From Candidatus Treponema excrementipullorum (GTDB lineage: Bacteria; Spirochaetota; Spirochaetia; Treponematales; Treponemataceae), in the NCBI GenBank assembly GCA_018883625.1, contig JAHLFV010000243.1, forward strand, positions 1-41,127: a stretch of 41,127 nt of DNA. The letters are read 5' to 3'. Numbering within the stretch: the stretch's first letter is position 1; the number at the start of each line of letters is the position of its first letter. Positions 1-8,783 of this stretch are shown piece by piece. The position numbers were made by a program, and so were the translations under genes. The notes below the pieces were generated by a model. The model ran no database searches. It had not been told where the DNA came from and saw only the letters and a list, made by a program, of their open reading frames with translations.

Positions 1-1151
1 CTGTTAAAGATACAGGCTTTTCCCTTTAGTTGTTTTACGGCATGGGCAACGGCACGGGCAGCTCCTCCTGCGCCGATAATGGCAACTTTTTTGTTTTTTA
101 AATTTTCTACACCAAGAAAATCTTTTATGGCCTCTTTTATGCCGTAGGAATCTGTATTAAATCCGTGCCATCCGTCTTTTTCTTTGCGAATGGTATTACA
201 TGCACCAACTTCATATACTACATTGGAAATCTGACTTAAATGATCAATGACAGACTCTTTATGAGGGACGGTTACGGAAAGACCTTTGATGTCCAATTCA
301 TCGGCAAATCGCAGTGTTTCTTCAATACTGTCAGAACGAATGGGAATATATACGGCATTCATACCGTGTTTTCTGTACCCTTCATTGTGTATAACAGGGC
401 TGTCTGTGGCTTCCAAGGGATAACCGGTAATACCGTAAATTGCAGTATCTTTGTGCAAAAAGCGGAAGTTATACACGTTGTTCATGGTTATAGGATCTAT
501 GTGTCCCAGTTTCTTTTTTGCAAAAGAGGTTTCGGCAGAGACAAATGTGAGGTAGGAATTCATTTTGTCTGCCAAAATTCTTGTAGGAAGTCCGTAGGGA
601 CCCATGGCAATAACAATTTGTCGTGTATCCGTTAAGTTTGCTGTTTGTCGAAAGATTTTTGTTACATCTTCCAGACGCTGAGGCATACAAGCAATTTTAG
701 GAATCTCATATCCTGTCGTTCGCATTTGTGCCAAACGTGCAGGAATATCGGTAATAGGTTTGTTCATATCATGAGCGCTTCTGATAATAGTTGTACCAAA
801 AGCCAAAGCTGCATCCTGCAAACTGGGAATATGAAAATCTTCTTCAAAATCTACATAGGCAAAGTTTTTTCGGATATCCTGACTGGCAAAAGCAAGTGCT
901 CGGGCAAAAAGCATTGTTCTGCTGGCTTCTCCTTCTACATAAAATCCGCCGTCTGTTTTCCTTCTGATAGTTAAAATACAGGGAAGTCCTGCCAATTGAG
1001 GAAACTTTCTGATGTGCAGTCTTTCATCATTTTCAAGACAGTCTACCCGTAGTTCAACCATGTCTATCCAATTTCTGTAGGAGTTCAATATTTCCAAGTC
1101 TTTTGCAATGGTGGTTTCCGTAAGACACAAGCAAATTTTAGGTCGTTCCAT
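1..1151 (-). CDS. aroDE: Fused type I 3-dehydroquinate dehydratase / shikimate dehydrogenase (3' end outside window)
   Basis: Absent from the ORF track because it has no stop in the window. Manual translation from ATG 1151: MERPKICLCLTETT...DMVELRVD...CILTIRRKTDGG...YVDFE...IIRSAHD (type I DHQase), continuing in frame to GITGYPLEATDSPVIHN...GLSVTVPHKE...GACNT...GFNTDSYG...IIGAGGAARA (AroE). Confidence 0.9.
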   Translation of the reverse strand, partial: MERPKICLCLTETTIAKDLEILNSYRNWIDMVELRVDCLENDERLHIRKFPQLAGLPCILTIRRKTDGGFYVEGEASRTMLFARALAFASQDIRKNFAYVDFEEDFHIPSLQDAALAFGTTIIRSAHDMNKPITDIPARLAQMRTTGYEIPKIACMPQRLEDVTKIFRQTANLTDTRQIVIAMGPYGLPTRILADKMNSYLTFVSAETSFAKKKLGHIDPITMNNVYNFRFLHKDTAIYGITGYPLEATDSPVIHNEGYRKHGMNAVYIPIRSDSIEETLRFADELDIKGLSVTVPHKESVIDHLSQISNVVYEVGACNTIRKEKDGWHGFNTDSYGIKEAIKDFLGVENLKNKKVAIIGAGGAARAVAHAVKQLKGKACIFN

Positions 1152-1157
1152 AAACAA

Positions 1158-1186
1158 ATAGTAACATAAAAAAATAGCCCATACAA
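1158..1186 (-). promoter_or_regulatory. Sigma70-type promoter, probably leaderless, for aroDE
   Basis: TTGTAT-17bp-(TGt)TACTAT, then 6 nt, then ATG; no SD. Confidence 0.6.
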
Positions 1187-1317
1187 TATTTTGCTGGTTT
1201 TAAAATAAAAATTAAGTGAAAGTGTTTTATTTTCAGCTAATATACAGAAAAATATTGTGTATATTTTCATTTTTATGTAGAATAAGTCAGTTTTTTTATA
1301 AAATTGAGAGGTTTTAG

Positions 1318-2943
1318 ATGGATCACTATGGAATCTGGGGTATAATTCCTCCTCTTTTGACGATTGTATTAGCTTTTTTGACAAAGGATGTTATTGTATC
1401 GTTATTTTTGGGAATTTTATCCGGAGCGTTGATTGTTGCCGGCGGAAATCCTGCCGTTGCTTTGATGAATTTAACGGACTTGTTGGCAGGTTCCCTTGCT
1501 GATGGATGGAATATCCGCATTTTTCTTTTTTGTGCTTTGTTGGGCGGGTTGGTTGGTATGTTGTCTAAAACAGGAGCTGCCCGTTCTTTTGGTATATGGG
1601 CGTCTTCCAAACTGAAAACACGAACCGGTTCCCAGTTTATGACTTTTATTTTTGGTATCATTATCTTTATTGATGACTATTTTAATTCTATGACGGTTGG
1701 AACCGTTATGAGACCTATCACCGACAAAACTAAGGTTTCCCGGGCAAAGTTAGCGTATATCTTGGACTCAACGGCAGCTCCTGTGTGTATTATCGCTCCT
1801 ATTTCCAGTTGGGTTGTGACGGTTATGTCTATTGTTCGTGATGCCCAAGGTTTTGAACAGTTAGGCATGACAGAGTTTGAGTTCTTTATTCATGCTATTC
1901 CTTACAACTTATATGCGCTTTTGGCTCTGCTATTGGTTTTATCCGTCATTTTCTTAAAGAGAGATTTTGGTCCCATGAAACAGTCTGAATTGTTAGCTGC
2001 AAGAGGTCAGTTATACAACGAAGATCTGTATGGACCGGCTTCCGGCTCTGTAGAAGAAATTGCTGCCAGTCGGGCAAAACCCATCGATATGTTGTTCCCT
2101 ATTATTGTGTTGATTATCAGTGCAATTATATTTTTCCCTGTAGTTACATGGTTAGGTGCCATTGACGGCGAAACAATCAAAACAATGGGAGAAGCCATGT
2201 CTTCCATGAGTTTAGGTAAGGCATTTAACGATACAGACTCTTCCATGGCTTTGTGGTATGCAGTTATTTTTACAATCACTGCAACTTACATTTATTATCT
2301 TGCCCGGCGACTTCTGACTTTGAAAGAAGGCGGACAGGCTTTACAGAACGGTATTCAGTCCATGTTACCGGCTTTGATAATTCTTACCATGGCTTGGTCT
2401 ATCGGTACGATTATTAAGTCTCCCCGTGCTGACGATGGTTTGGGATTGGGATTGTATCTTTCCCACGTGGTAAGTGACGGCGGTTTCCCTATCGGTATCC
2501 TTCCTGCCATTCTCTTTGTGCTTTCTGCGGTCATTTCTTTTGCAACAGGTACCAGCTGGGGAACATTCGGAATTATGATTCCGATTGCCATGCCTATTGT
2601 TACCGGTTTGGTATCAGGACTGGGTATGGATCAAGCCGGTTTGGTAAATGCGTCTATGATTTCAATTTCCGCTGTAATCGGTGGTGCCGTTTTTGGAGAC
2701 CATGCTTCTCCTATTTCAGATACGACAATTCTTTCTTCTACAGGTGCCAGTTGTCCTCACTTGGAACACGTTGCTACTCAAATGCCTTATGCTATTTTCG
2801 TGGCAGTATGTTCGTTTATCGGATTTACTGTAGGTGGTTTCTTGTTGAATGCTATAGCCGCTTGGATCGCAGCGCTTATTGTTTTTGTTCTTGGATTAAT
2901 TGTACTTCCTAAATTGAATTTCGGCAAAAAAGAGGAGCATTAA
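1318..2943 (+). CDS. Na+/H+ antiporter NhaC-family transporter (probably amino-acid/cation)
   Basis: 541 aa polytopic membrane protein; IFIDDYFN, LAYILDSTAAP, FATGTSWGTF, GAVFGDHASPISDTTILSS motifs; GAGG SD upstream. Confidence 0.9.
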   Translation: MDHYGIWGIIPPLLTIVLAFLTKDVIVSLFLGILSGALIVAGGNPAVALMNLTDLLAGSLADGWNIRIFLFCALLGGLVGMLSKTGAARSFGIWASSKLKTRTGSQFMTFIFGIIIFIDDYFNSMTVGTVMRPITDKTKVSRAKLAYILDSTAAPVCIIAPISSWVVTVMSIVRDAQGFEQLGMTEFEFFIHAIPYNLYALLALLLVLSVIFLKRDFGPMKQSELLAARGQLYNEDLYGPASGSVEEIAASRAKPIDMLFPIIVLIISAIIFFPVVTWLGAIDGETIKTMGEAMSSMSLGKAFNDTDSSMALWYAVIFTITATYIYYLARRLLTLKEGGQALQNGIQSMLPALIILTMAWSIGTIIKSPRADDGLGLGLYLSHVVSDGGFPIGILPAILFVLSAVISFATGTSWGTFGIMIPIAMPIVTGLVSGLGMDQAGLVNASMISISAVIGGAVFGDHASPISDTTILSSTGASCPHLEHVATQMPYAIFVAVCSFIGFTVGGFLLNAIAAWIAALIVFVLGLIVLPKLNFGKKEEH

Positions 2944-2950
2944 TATCAAA

Positions 2951-2982
2951 GGGTTTGACAGTGGTAAAATCCTGTCAAACTC
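2951..2982. terminator. Hairpin after the NhaC gene
   Basis: GGGTTTGACAG-loop-CTGTCAAACTC inverted repeat 7 nt after the stop; no strong U-tract. Confidence 0.5.
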
Positions 2983-3004
2983 TATAGCTTATCTATACTA
3001 TAAC

Positions 3005-3084
3005 AAAAAAGCAGGCTTACTAAGGAGTTAGTCATTATCCCTTGCGGGTATTGCAAGTATCTCCGGTTAAAGCCTGCTTTTTTT
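3005..3084. terminator. Long rod-like hairpin: bidirectional terminator or small RNA
   Basis: AAAAAAGCAGGCTT...AAGCCTGCTTTTTT outer stem, inner GGAG/CTCC and CCC-TTGC-GGG stems; lies between convergent genes with T tracts on both strands. Confidence 0.6.
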
Positions 3085-3115
3085 GTTTTTTATAATTTTT
3101 CGATGTATCAGCTGT

Positions 3116-4165
3116 TTATTCTTCCACAGACGGAACCATATATCTTGCAGAAACTCTGTCTTCTACAAGTAAGGTTAATTCCGTGCCGGCCGGTAGTGCA
3201 TAAGGAATAGTGACCGTACCGCCGGGATGGGTAAAGGTGGTCAATGTATATGTCTCCCCTTCCGGTGAAAAAGCTGTTAACTCCATGCTCAGCGGGAAAG
3301 GATATTCCGGTAATTCGGCTGAGAAAATACCGTAGACTTTATCTTTTACCGGTTCCTTGGGCATTGCAAGAGTAAGTACAATATGACTGTAGGTTGGCAA
3401 AGAGGCTTTTGTGGTGTCTACAGCAACAACGGTACCGATTTTTCCTTCTTCTATTTCTTCTGCAGTGGCTTCTCTGGAATTAAAGTCAAAAACAAGTCTG
3501 GTACGGGGCAATTGTGCCAGTAGTTCTGAAATAGACATATCTATAAGTTCAGGAATTTTTACTTCTTCATTAGTGGGGCCTTTACTTACAACCAAGTCCA
3601 AGGCAACAGGTTCTGCCAACATAGTTCCCGGTAAAGGATTTTGTGATAAAATCGTTCCCGGATCGGAGGGGTCTGCTATATACATAGGCTCTGCCAAAGT
3701 AATTAAAGGCTGTTTTCCGGAAAAGAGAACACTTAATCTGTTTTCCAGTTCCGTCAGTTTCATGCCGGTGTAGTCTCCCACTTGGTCTACAAGAACTCCG
3801 CTACTTACCACCAAATCGATCCGTCGTCCTGCTTTGGCAATGGAACCGGCTACCGGATCTTGGCTAAGGACTTTTCCTTTATCGCCCGGAGCATCGGAGT
3901 AGCGCAAGTTGATTTTGGGATAGAGCTCACGGATCTGCATTTCCAGCAGAGCTTCTTCCAAATATTTCCCTGTAACGTCAGGGATAAGAACTTCTTCCGG
4001 TCCCTGTACTGCGGCAAAAAAGACAAGAACACAGATGGCTGCCATAAGAATGATTGAAACAACCACTGTGGCAACAAGGGTTTTCCCGCTTGTTTGAAGA
4101 TATTCAAGGGATGAGTTAAAATTGACGCGAATTTTACCGAAAAAACGTTTAAAGTCAAACTTCAT
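3116..4165 (-). CDS. Membrane-anchored PASTA-domain protein (no kinase domain)
   Basis: One N-terminal TM helix, then PASTA repeats (IPDVTG...GKVLSQDPVAG...IDLVVSSG; VGDYTG...GTILSQNPLPG...LDLVVSKG; third degenerate copy IPELID). Confidence 0.85.
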   Translation of the reverse strand: MKFDFKRFFGKIRVNFNSSLEYLQTSGKTLVATVVVSIILMAAICVLVFFAAVQGPEEVLIPDVTGKYLEEALLEMQIRELYPKINLRYSDAPGDKGKVLSQDPVAGSIAKAGRRIDLVVSSGVLVDQVGDYTGMKLTELENRLSVLFSGKQPLITLAEPMYIADPSDPGTILSQNPLPGTMLAEPVALDLVVSKGPTNEEVKIPELIDMSISELLAQLPRTRLVFDFNSREATAEEIEEGKIGTVVAVDTTKASLPTYSHIVLTLAMPKEPVKDKVYGIFSAELPEYPFPLSMELTAFSPEGETYTLTTFTHPGGTVTIPYALPAGTELTLLVEDRVSARYMVPSVEE

Positions 4166-4179
4166 ATCTTTTCCTTACT

Positions 4180-5187
4180 TTATTTTGTATTGGATGAACA
4201 GCAACTGCCTACAAAGTTTCGGCTGCCGTTTAAAAAATCTTTCCAAGGCATCAGTTTTTTTGCCTGCCATTGTAATTCCGTAACACAGAGAACCCCTTTA
4301 CCGGTTTGAATCAGTATTCCCTGTGTTTTGTCTGTACCTAAAATCTGTCCCGGTTGAGGAGTGCTTTTCACAGCATCTGTCACGGCAGCCGGCAAGTCTC
4401 CCGTAAAAACAGCAGACTTATGAATTTTCAGCACGGTATTGTCGACACAGGTAAAAGCTCCCGGCCATGAATTAAAAGCCCTGATTTGAGCATCTATTTC
4501 TTCTGCAGAACCACTCCAATCGATACAGCCATCTTCTTTTTTTAACATTGTACAGTAGGTTGCTTGACTGTCATCTTGAGGCGTCCCTACCGGCAACGTT
4601 CCGGTAACAGAAACATCCTGTAAAAGTGATAACACCATGTTTGCACCGATTTTAGCGGAGTCCTCTAAAAGAGAGTCCGCTGTTTCTGTACCGTTCAAGG
4701 GAATAACCTGTTGAGAAAGTATATCTCCGCTATCCATTTTCTGGGCAAGCTTTTGTACCGTAACGCCGGTTTGACTTTGTCTGTCCAAAATTGCGGCGGG
4801 TACAGGAGCACACCCTCGGTAAAGGGGCAGAAGAGAAGGGTGAAGGTTTATTCCTCCCAAAGGAAAAAGAGCCAAAAACTTAGGGCCGAATATTTTTCCG
4901 TAGGCAAAGCATACCAATACATCCGGTTGGAGATCTGAAACCGCTCCTCTGGCAACTGCATCTAATTTTTGGGGAGTTAAAACGGGAATCTGCTCTGTGG
5001 ATTTTTCTTCATAAGCTCTGACTTTTTGTTCTACCGGGGTAGGCAACAGTTTTTTGTTTCTCCCTTGAGGACTGGGAGGATTTGTTAAAACTCCTACGAT
5101 TTTAAAATCTTTGTTGTGCAACTCCAGTAACCGTTCTAACACAAGGGCTGCGGCCTCCGGACTTCCGGCATATAAAACTTTTAGCAC
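4180..5187 (-). CDS. fmt: Methionyl-tRNA formyltransferase
   Basis: AYGKI, INLHPSLLPLYRGCAPV, MDSGDI, IRAFNSWPGA motifs; overlaps the def stop. Confidence 0.96.
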   Translation of the reverse strand: MLKVLYAGSPEAAALVLERLLELHNKDFKIVGVLTNPPSPQGRNKKLLPTPVEQKVRAYEEKSTEQIPVLTPQKLDAVARGAVSDLQPDVLVCFAYGKIFGPKFLALFPLGGINLHPSLLPLYRGCAPVPAAILDRQSQTGVTVQKLAQKMDSGDILSQQVIPLNGTETADSLLEDSAKIGANMVLSLLQDVSVTGTLPVGTPQDDSQATYCTMLKKEDGCIDWSGSAEEIDAQIRAFNSWPGAFTCVDNTVLKIHKSAVFTGDLPAAVTDAVKSTPQPGQILGTDKTQGILIQTGKGVLCVTELQWQAKKLMPWKDFLNGSRNFVGSCCSSNTK

Positions 5188-5747
5188 TGAGCACCTACTT
5201 TTTTTGCCTTTTTTGCGGCAATTTTTGCAGCTTTTGCGGCCTTTGCAGCTTCTTTTTCTTTACGACGGAGAGCCCGTTTTTCAAAAGTTGCTTCGGTCTT
5301 TTTTTTGAATTCTTCGTCACCCCGATCGATATAGAGAATTCCGTCTAAGTGATCGTATTCATGTTGTATGACTCGGGCAAGATAGCCGTCAGCTTCTTGA
5401 ACAAAGGGTTTACCTTTTTCGTTGATTGCCTGAATGGTGACCTTTTCCGGTCGGGTAATTGTTTCGTAAACATTGGGAATACTCAAACAGCCCTCTTCAA
5501 AGTTACAAACTTCCTGAGAAGTGGCAATTATTTGAGGATTGATATATACTCTGCGGACACCATCGTCAACGGTGATAACAAAAAAACGTTTTAGTATACC
5601 TACTTGAGGAGCAGCAAGCCCCACACCGTTGCTGTTGTCCATGGTAACAAACATATCTTGAATGGTAGCAAGAAGTTCTTCGTTTACTTCTTCTACCGGC
5701 TGGGACTTTTGGCGCAAAAGTTCCTGACCGAGCTGTACTATTTCCAT
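5181..5747 (-). CDS. def: Peptide deformylase with Lys/Ala-rich C-terminal extension
   Basis: GVGLAAPQ, EGCLS, HEYDHLDG motifs. Confidence 0.97.
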   Translation of the reverse strand: MEIVQLGQELLRQKSQPVEEVNEELLATIQDMFVTMDNSNGVGLAAPQVGILKRFFVITVDDGVRRVYINPQIIATSQEVCNFEEGCLSIPNVYETITRPEKVTIQAINEKGKPFVQEADGYLARVIQHEYDHLDGILYIDRGDEEFKKKTEATFEKRALRRKEKEAAKAAKAAKIAAKKAKKVGAQC

Positions 5748-5755
5748 AATAGTAT

Positions 5756-5784
5756 ATGGTACAAAATTGAATACCTAAAGTCAA
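5756..5784 (-). promoter_or_regulatory. Sigma70-type promoter, probably leaderless, for def-fmt-PASTA
   Basis: TTGACT-17bp-TACCAT, then 8 nt, then ATG; no SD. Confidence 0.55.
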
Positions 5785-5886
5785 GAAGTGGTAAAAGAGA
5801 GTCGTTTGTTGTATAGTATTTTTATACCGAGAAACAACGGTTCTTTCGGAATTGTAATCTGAAACATATACAGGTAAGGATACACT

Positions 5887-6315
5887 ATGGCTTTGACAAA
5901 AGATATTAAATCATTATTGCCCCACAGAGAGCCCTTTTTATTTGTGGACGAAATTCTTTCTGCCGACGAAAAAGGCAGTGTATGTATAAAACGGTTTACC
6001 GGGGATGAATTTTTCTTTCAGGGACACTTTCCCCAGTACCCTGTAGTGCCGGGAGTGCTTTTGGTAGAAACCATGGCTCAAGCCGGCGGGGCTGCTTTGA
6101 GTTTTCAAAAGGTGTTTTCCGAAGACTCCTTGTTTTTTTTAGCCACTGTTGACAAAGTAAAATTCAGAAATCAAGTGAGACCCGGGGATACTCTGCGGCT
6201 GGAAATAGAGAATCTGCGGGTTTCTGCCAATATGATAAAGCAACGGGGAAAAGCCTACGTTGGAGATGTTTTGGCTGCAGAGGCTGAATGGATGTGTCTT
6301 GTGGGAAGACCATAG
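5887..6315 (+). CDS. fabZ: 3-hydroxyacyl-ACP dehydratase
   Basis: LLPHREPFLFVD, FFQGHFP, PGVLLVETMAQ, KFRNQVRPGD motifs; AAGGA SD. Confidence 0.96.
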   Translation: MALTKDIKSLLPHREPFLFVDEILSADEKGSVCIKRFTGDEFFFQGHFPQYPVVPGVLLVETMAQAGGAALSFQKVFSEDSLFFLATVDKVKFRNQVRPGDTLRLEIENLRVSANMIKQRGKAYVGDVLAAEAEWMCLVGRP

Positions 6316-6401
6316 ACGGGACTCGTATACTAAAATTCAATTTTAGTCTATAGCAATGTACCCTAAAATATAAAATTTAACCTGTATTTAACCGTACTTT
6401 G

Positions 6402-6430
6402 TTGCTTTTTCTGCTTACAGTGGATATACT
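6402..6430 (+). promoter_or_regulatory. Candidate sigma70 promoter for the lipoprotein-barrel operon
   Basis: TTGCTT-17bp-TATACT about 95 nt upstream of the 6524 ATG, which has an AGGAG SD. Confidence 0.5.
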
Positions 6431-6523
6431 AGAAATAGTGGAAACTCTCTGTGCTTACGGTTTTTTTTTGACAAGAAATGGATTATTATCAGGATAAAAA
6501 GAGGGTTTCTTACAGGAGCGTTT

Positions 6524-8782
6524 ATGAAAAAAAATTCAGTGTATGGCTTTATGCTGGTTGCTTTTTGTCTTGTACTGGTTTCTTGCGGTAACCTTTTTTC
6601 AAAAGTACATATTAAAGCCAAGCCGTCCATTTATGCCCCCTTGGGAAAAGAAGAATTTAAAATGTCCACTTACATCTCTGTAGAAAAAATACAAGAGCTT
6701 TTAGGGGGTAAAAAGGAAGAAGGTACAGATTCGTCAGAAGGAGGGACAGACTTCCCGTTTAAAATTTATGATTATGACGGTGATAAAGATGGGGCTTTAG
6801 CTTTCCGTTTGTATTATCCCCTTATGGATTTTGACCTTGATTTTGGCAATTATCTGGAAGGTATGGATTTGAGCAGTTTTAAGACTGCTATTCCCAAAAT
6901 CGATTTTACAGTGCCGACGTTGGATGGCTTGTCTGTAGAAAATCAAACACTAGTCATTCCCGGAACAGAAGGATTTTCAGGTACTTTAGATGAACAGAAG
7001 GCACTGCTATTGAATGAAACCTTAAAGAATACAGATCCTCAGAACATAGATAATAAAACCATTCCCATTACAGGTTCCGGGTTAAAAAGCGTAAAATTTG
7101 CCAGTGCGAATAATACTATCACTATGACCTTAAAACCGACTTTAGAGGGAATGACTTGTACACCGAGCATCAATATTGCATTGCCTGATGGAGTTTCGAT
7201 TCCTTTTGCGCAAAGTAAAAATGGTGATCCTGATACCTATGTTGCTGATTTTGGTGGACAGACGATTACTCCCGGTGATTTGACTATAGGAGGAGCTGTA
7301 ACACTTGGCGGGTCTGTAGAAGCCGGAGAACCTGTTCCTCCCGAAGGAATCGGGGTAAAAATAGCTTTTGATATTGGTTTTGACGGTGGCTTTGAATCTG
7401 CCACTGTTGCCGTTCCAGAAGGTGCCAATTTTAATCACTCTGTGGATTTTAAGTTCCCTGAGGAAGCAAAGAAGATGGTCGAAAATGTCGTGTTTGAAGA
7501 GGATAATTTGGGTATTATCATGTCCGTGGTTTCAACTTTACCTACAGATAATAATATCACAATCTCTATGGATGCTTTTGGCGGTGCCATAAAAGGGGAA
7601 CAGACTATAGAGCCTAATTCTCCTGGTGACGATAAACCAAAAAATATAGAGTTTAAAAATAGTTCGCGTTATACTCTTGATCCATCTAAAGCTCCTTTTT
7701 CCGCAACAATAAAAGTAACACCACCGGGATATGATTCCGCTTCAAATACCATGACAATTAAAAATGTTGCTCCCGGTGCTTCTTATTCATTAAGCGGAGA
7801 AGCTAAGATTATTGCGAACTGGGAGTCAATTACTTTGAAAGATACGGCCACAGATCCTTTTGAAGGTTCTTTCCCGGCCGCCGGTGCCGAGCCTATAGAC
7901 TTAAGCAAATTTACTGAACTGTTGCCAAAAGAAATAGCTTTTAAAGATATCGGTGCGGCTTTGTTTATAAGTTCACCCTTAAAAAAAGATGATTCTCAAA
8001 CCGACTTGTCTTTTACAGGAGAAGTGTCAATTTCCGGTGGTGATGGTGGATCTATAGACCTTGTAGGAAAGGATGATACATTGACTTTGTTGGCAGAGCC
8101 GATAGCATTACCTGCTGAAGGAAAAGTTTGGAGCGGAGATTTACCGACTCCCTCCGCTGATATGGGAAAAGAGATTACCGACTTTCTCAACAGTCGTCCT
8201 ACATCTCTTAATTTGAATTACTCTCTTTCCTTGGGAAACGGAACAAAAATCGAAAGAGCAGATATACCGGAAGACGGTAAAACTTCTGTAAAGGCTGAAA
8301 TAGTTATTACTTTGCCTATAAAGCTTTCGGTAACACAGAATGCGGAATTTGATGTGTTTGCATTAGCAAATATTCCCACCGATAAAGACCTTTTCGGCAG
8401 AACAGAGGCTCCTGCCACCAATGAACAAATTAATGATTTGTTAGAGATGTTGACTAGCTTGAATATCGGTATTGATTATAACAATAACTTGGGAGTTGCA
8501 TTGGGAGCAAAGGTTCATCTTCTAACCGATAAAGATGGGAAACCAACATTAACCAAAGATTTTATTCTCGAAAAGGGAAAAAATACATACAATTTGGAAC
8601 TTACAGGGGAGCAAATAAAGCAGGTCATGGAAGCTTACCCGTTCTGTCCTCGGGTGTATGTAGAGTTGCCTTCAGAGGATGGGGATGTAGTTCTTGAAAG
8701 AGAAGGGGGCATAGACCTTTCTTTAGGTGTTACGGCTGTTACTGACATCAATTATACTTATGACTTGAAGGGAGGAAACTAA
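6524..8782 (+). CDS. Large uncharacterised beta-rich lipoprotein
   Basis: 752 aa; signal peptide MKKNSVYGFMLVAFCLVLVS-C with lipobox; acidic, G/T/P/D-rich with alternating hydrophobic beta pattern; stop 1 nt before next ATG. Confidence 0.8.
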   Translation: MKKNSVYGFMLVAFCLVLVSCGNLFSKVHIKAKPSIYAPLGKEEFKMSTYISVEKIQELLGGKKEEGTDSSEGGTDFPFKIYDYDGDKDGALAFRLYYPLMDFDLDFGNYLEGMDLSSFKTAIPKIDFTVPTLDGLSVENQTLVIPGTEGFSGTLDEQKALLLNETLKNTDPQNIDNKTIPITGSGLKSVKFASANNTITMTLKPTLEGMTCTPSINIALPDGVSIPFAQSKNGDPDTYVADFGGQTITPGDLTIGGAVTLGGSVEAGEPVPPEGIGVKIAFDIGFDGGFESATVAVPEGANFNHSVDFKFPEEAKKMVENVVFEEDNLGIIMSVVSTLPTDNNITISMDAFGGAIKGEQTIEPNSPGDDKPKNIEFKNSSRYTLDPSKAPFSATIKVTPPGYDSASNTMTIKNVAPGASYSLSGEAKIIANWESITLKDTATDPFEGSFPAAGAEPIDLSKFTELLPKEIAFKDIGAALFISSPLKKDDSQTDLSFTGEVSISGGDGGSIDLVGKDDTLTLLAEPIALPAEGKVWSGDLPTPSADMGKEITDFLNSRPTSLNLNYSLSLGNGTKIERADIPEDGKTSVKAEIVITLPIKLSVTQNAEFDVFALANIPTDKDLFGRTEAPATNEQINDLLEMLTSLNIGIDYNNNLGVALGAKVHLLTDKDGKPTLTKDFILEKGKNTYNLELTGEQIKQVMEAYPFCPRVYVELPSEDGDVVLEREGGIDLSLGVTAVTDINYTYDLKGGN

Positions 8783-8783
8783 G

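Noticed and set aside
1152-1317. Possible lysine or other riboswitch upstream of the NhaC-family gene
   Set aside because: The region is short, extremely AT-rich and shows no stable stems or aptamer consensus.
240-1384. Short ORFs 240-635, 469-690, 645-974 and 1085-1384
   Set aside because: Shadow frames of the minus-strand aroD-aroE fusion and its promoter; no motifs.
6461-6534. T9 run abutting a TTGACA, and an A8 run right after the lipoprotein ATG, as phase-variation sites
   Set aside because: The reading frame is intact, A/T runs are common in this AT-rich window, and no good -10 lies 17 bp from that TTGACA.
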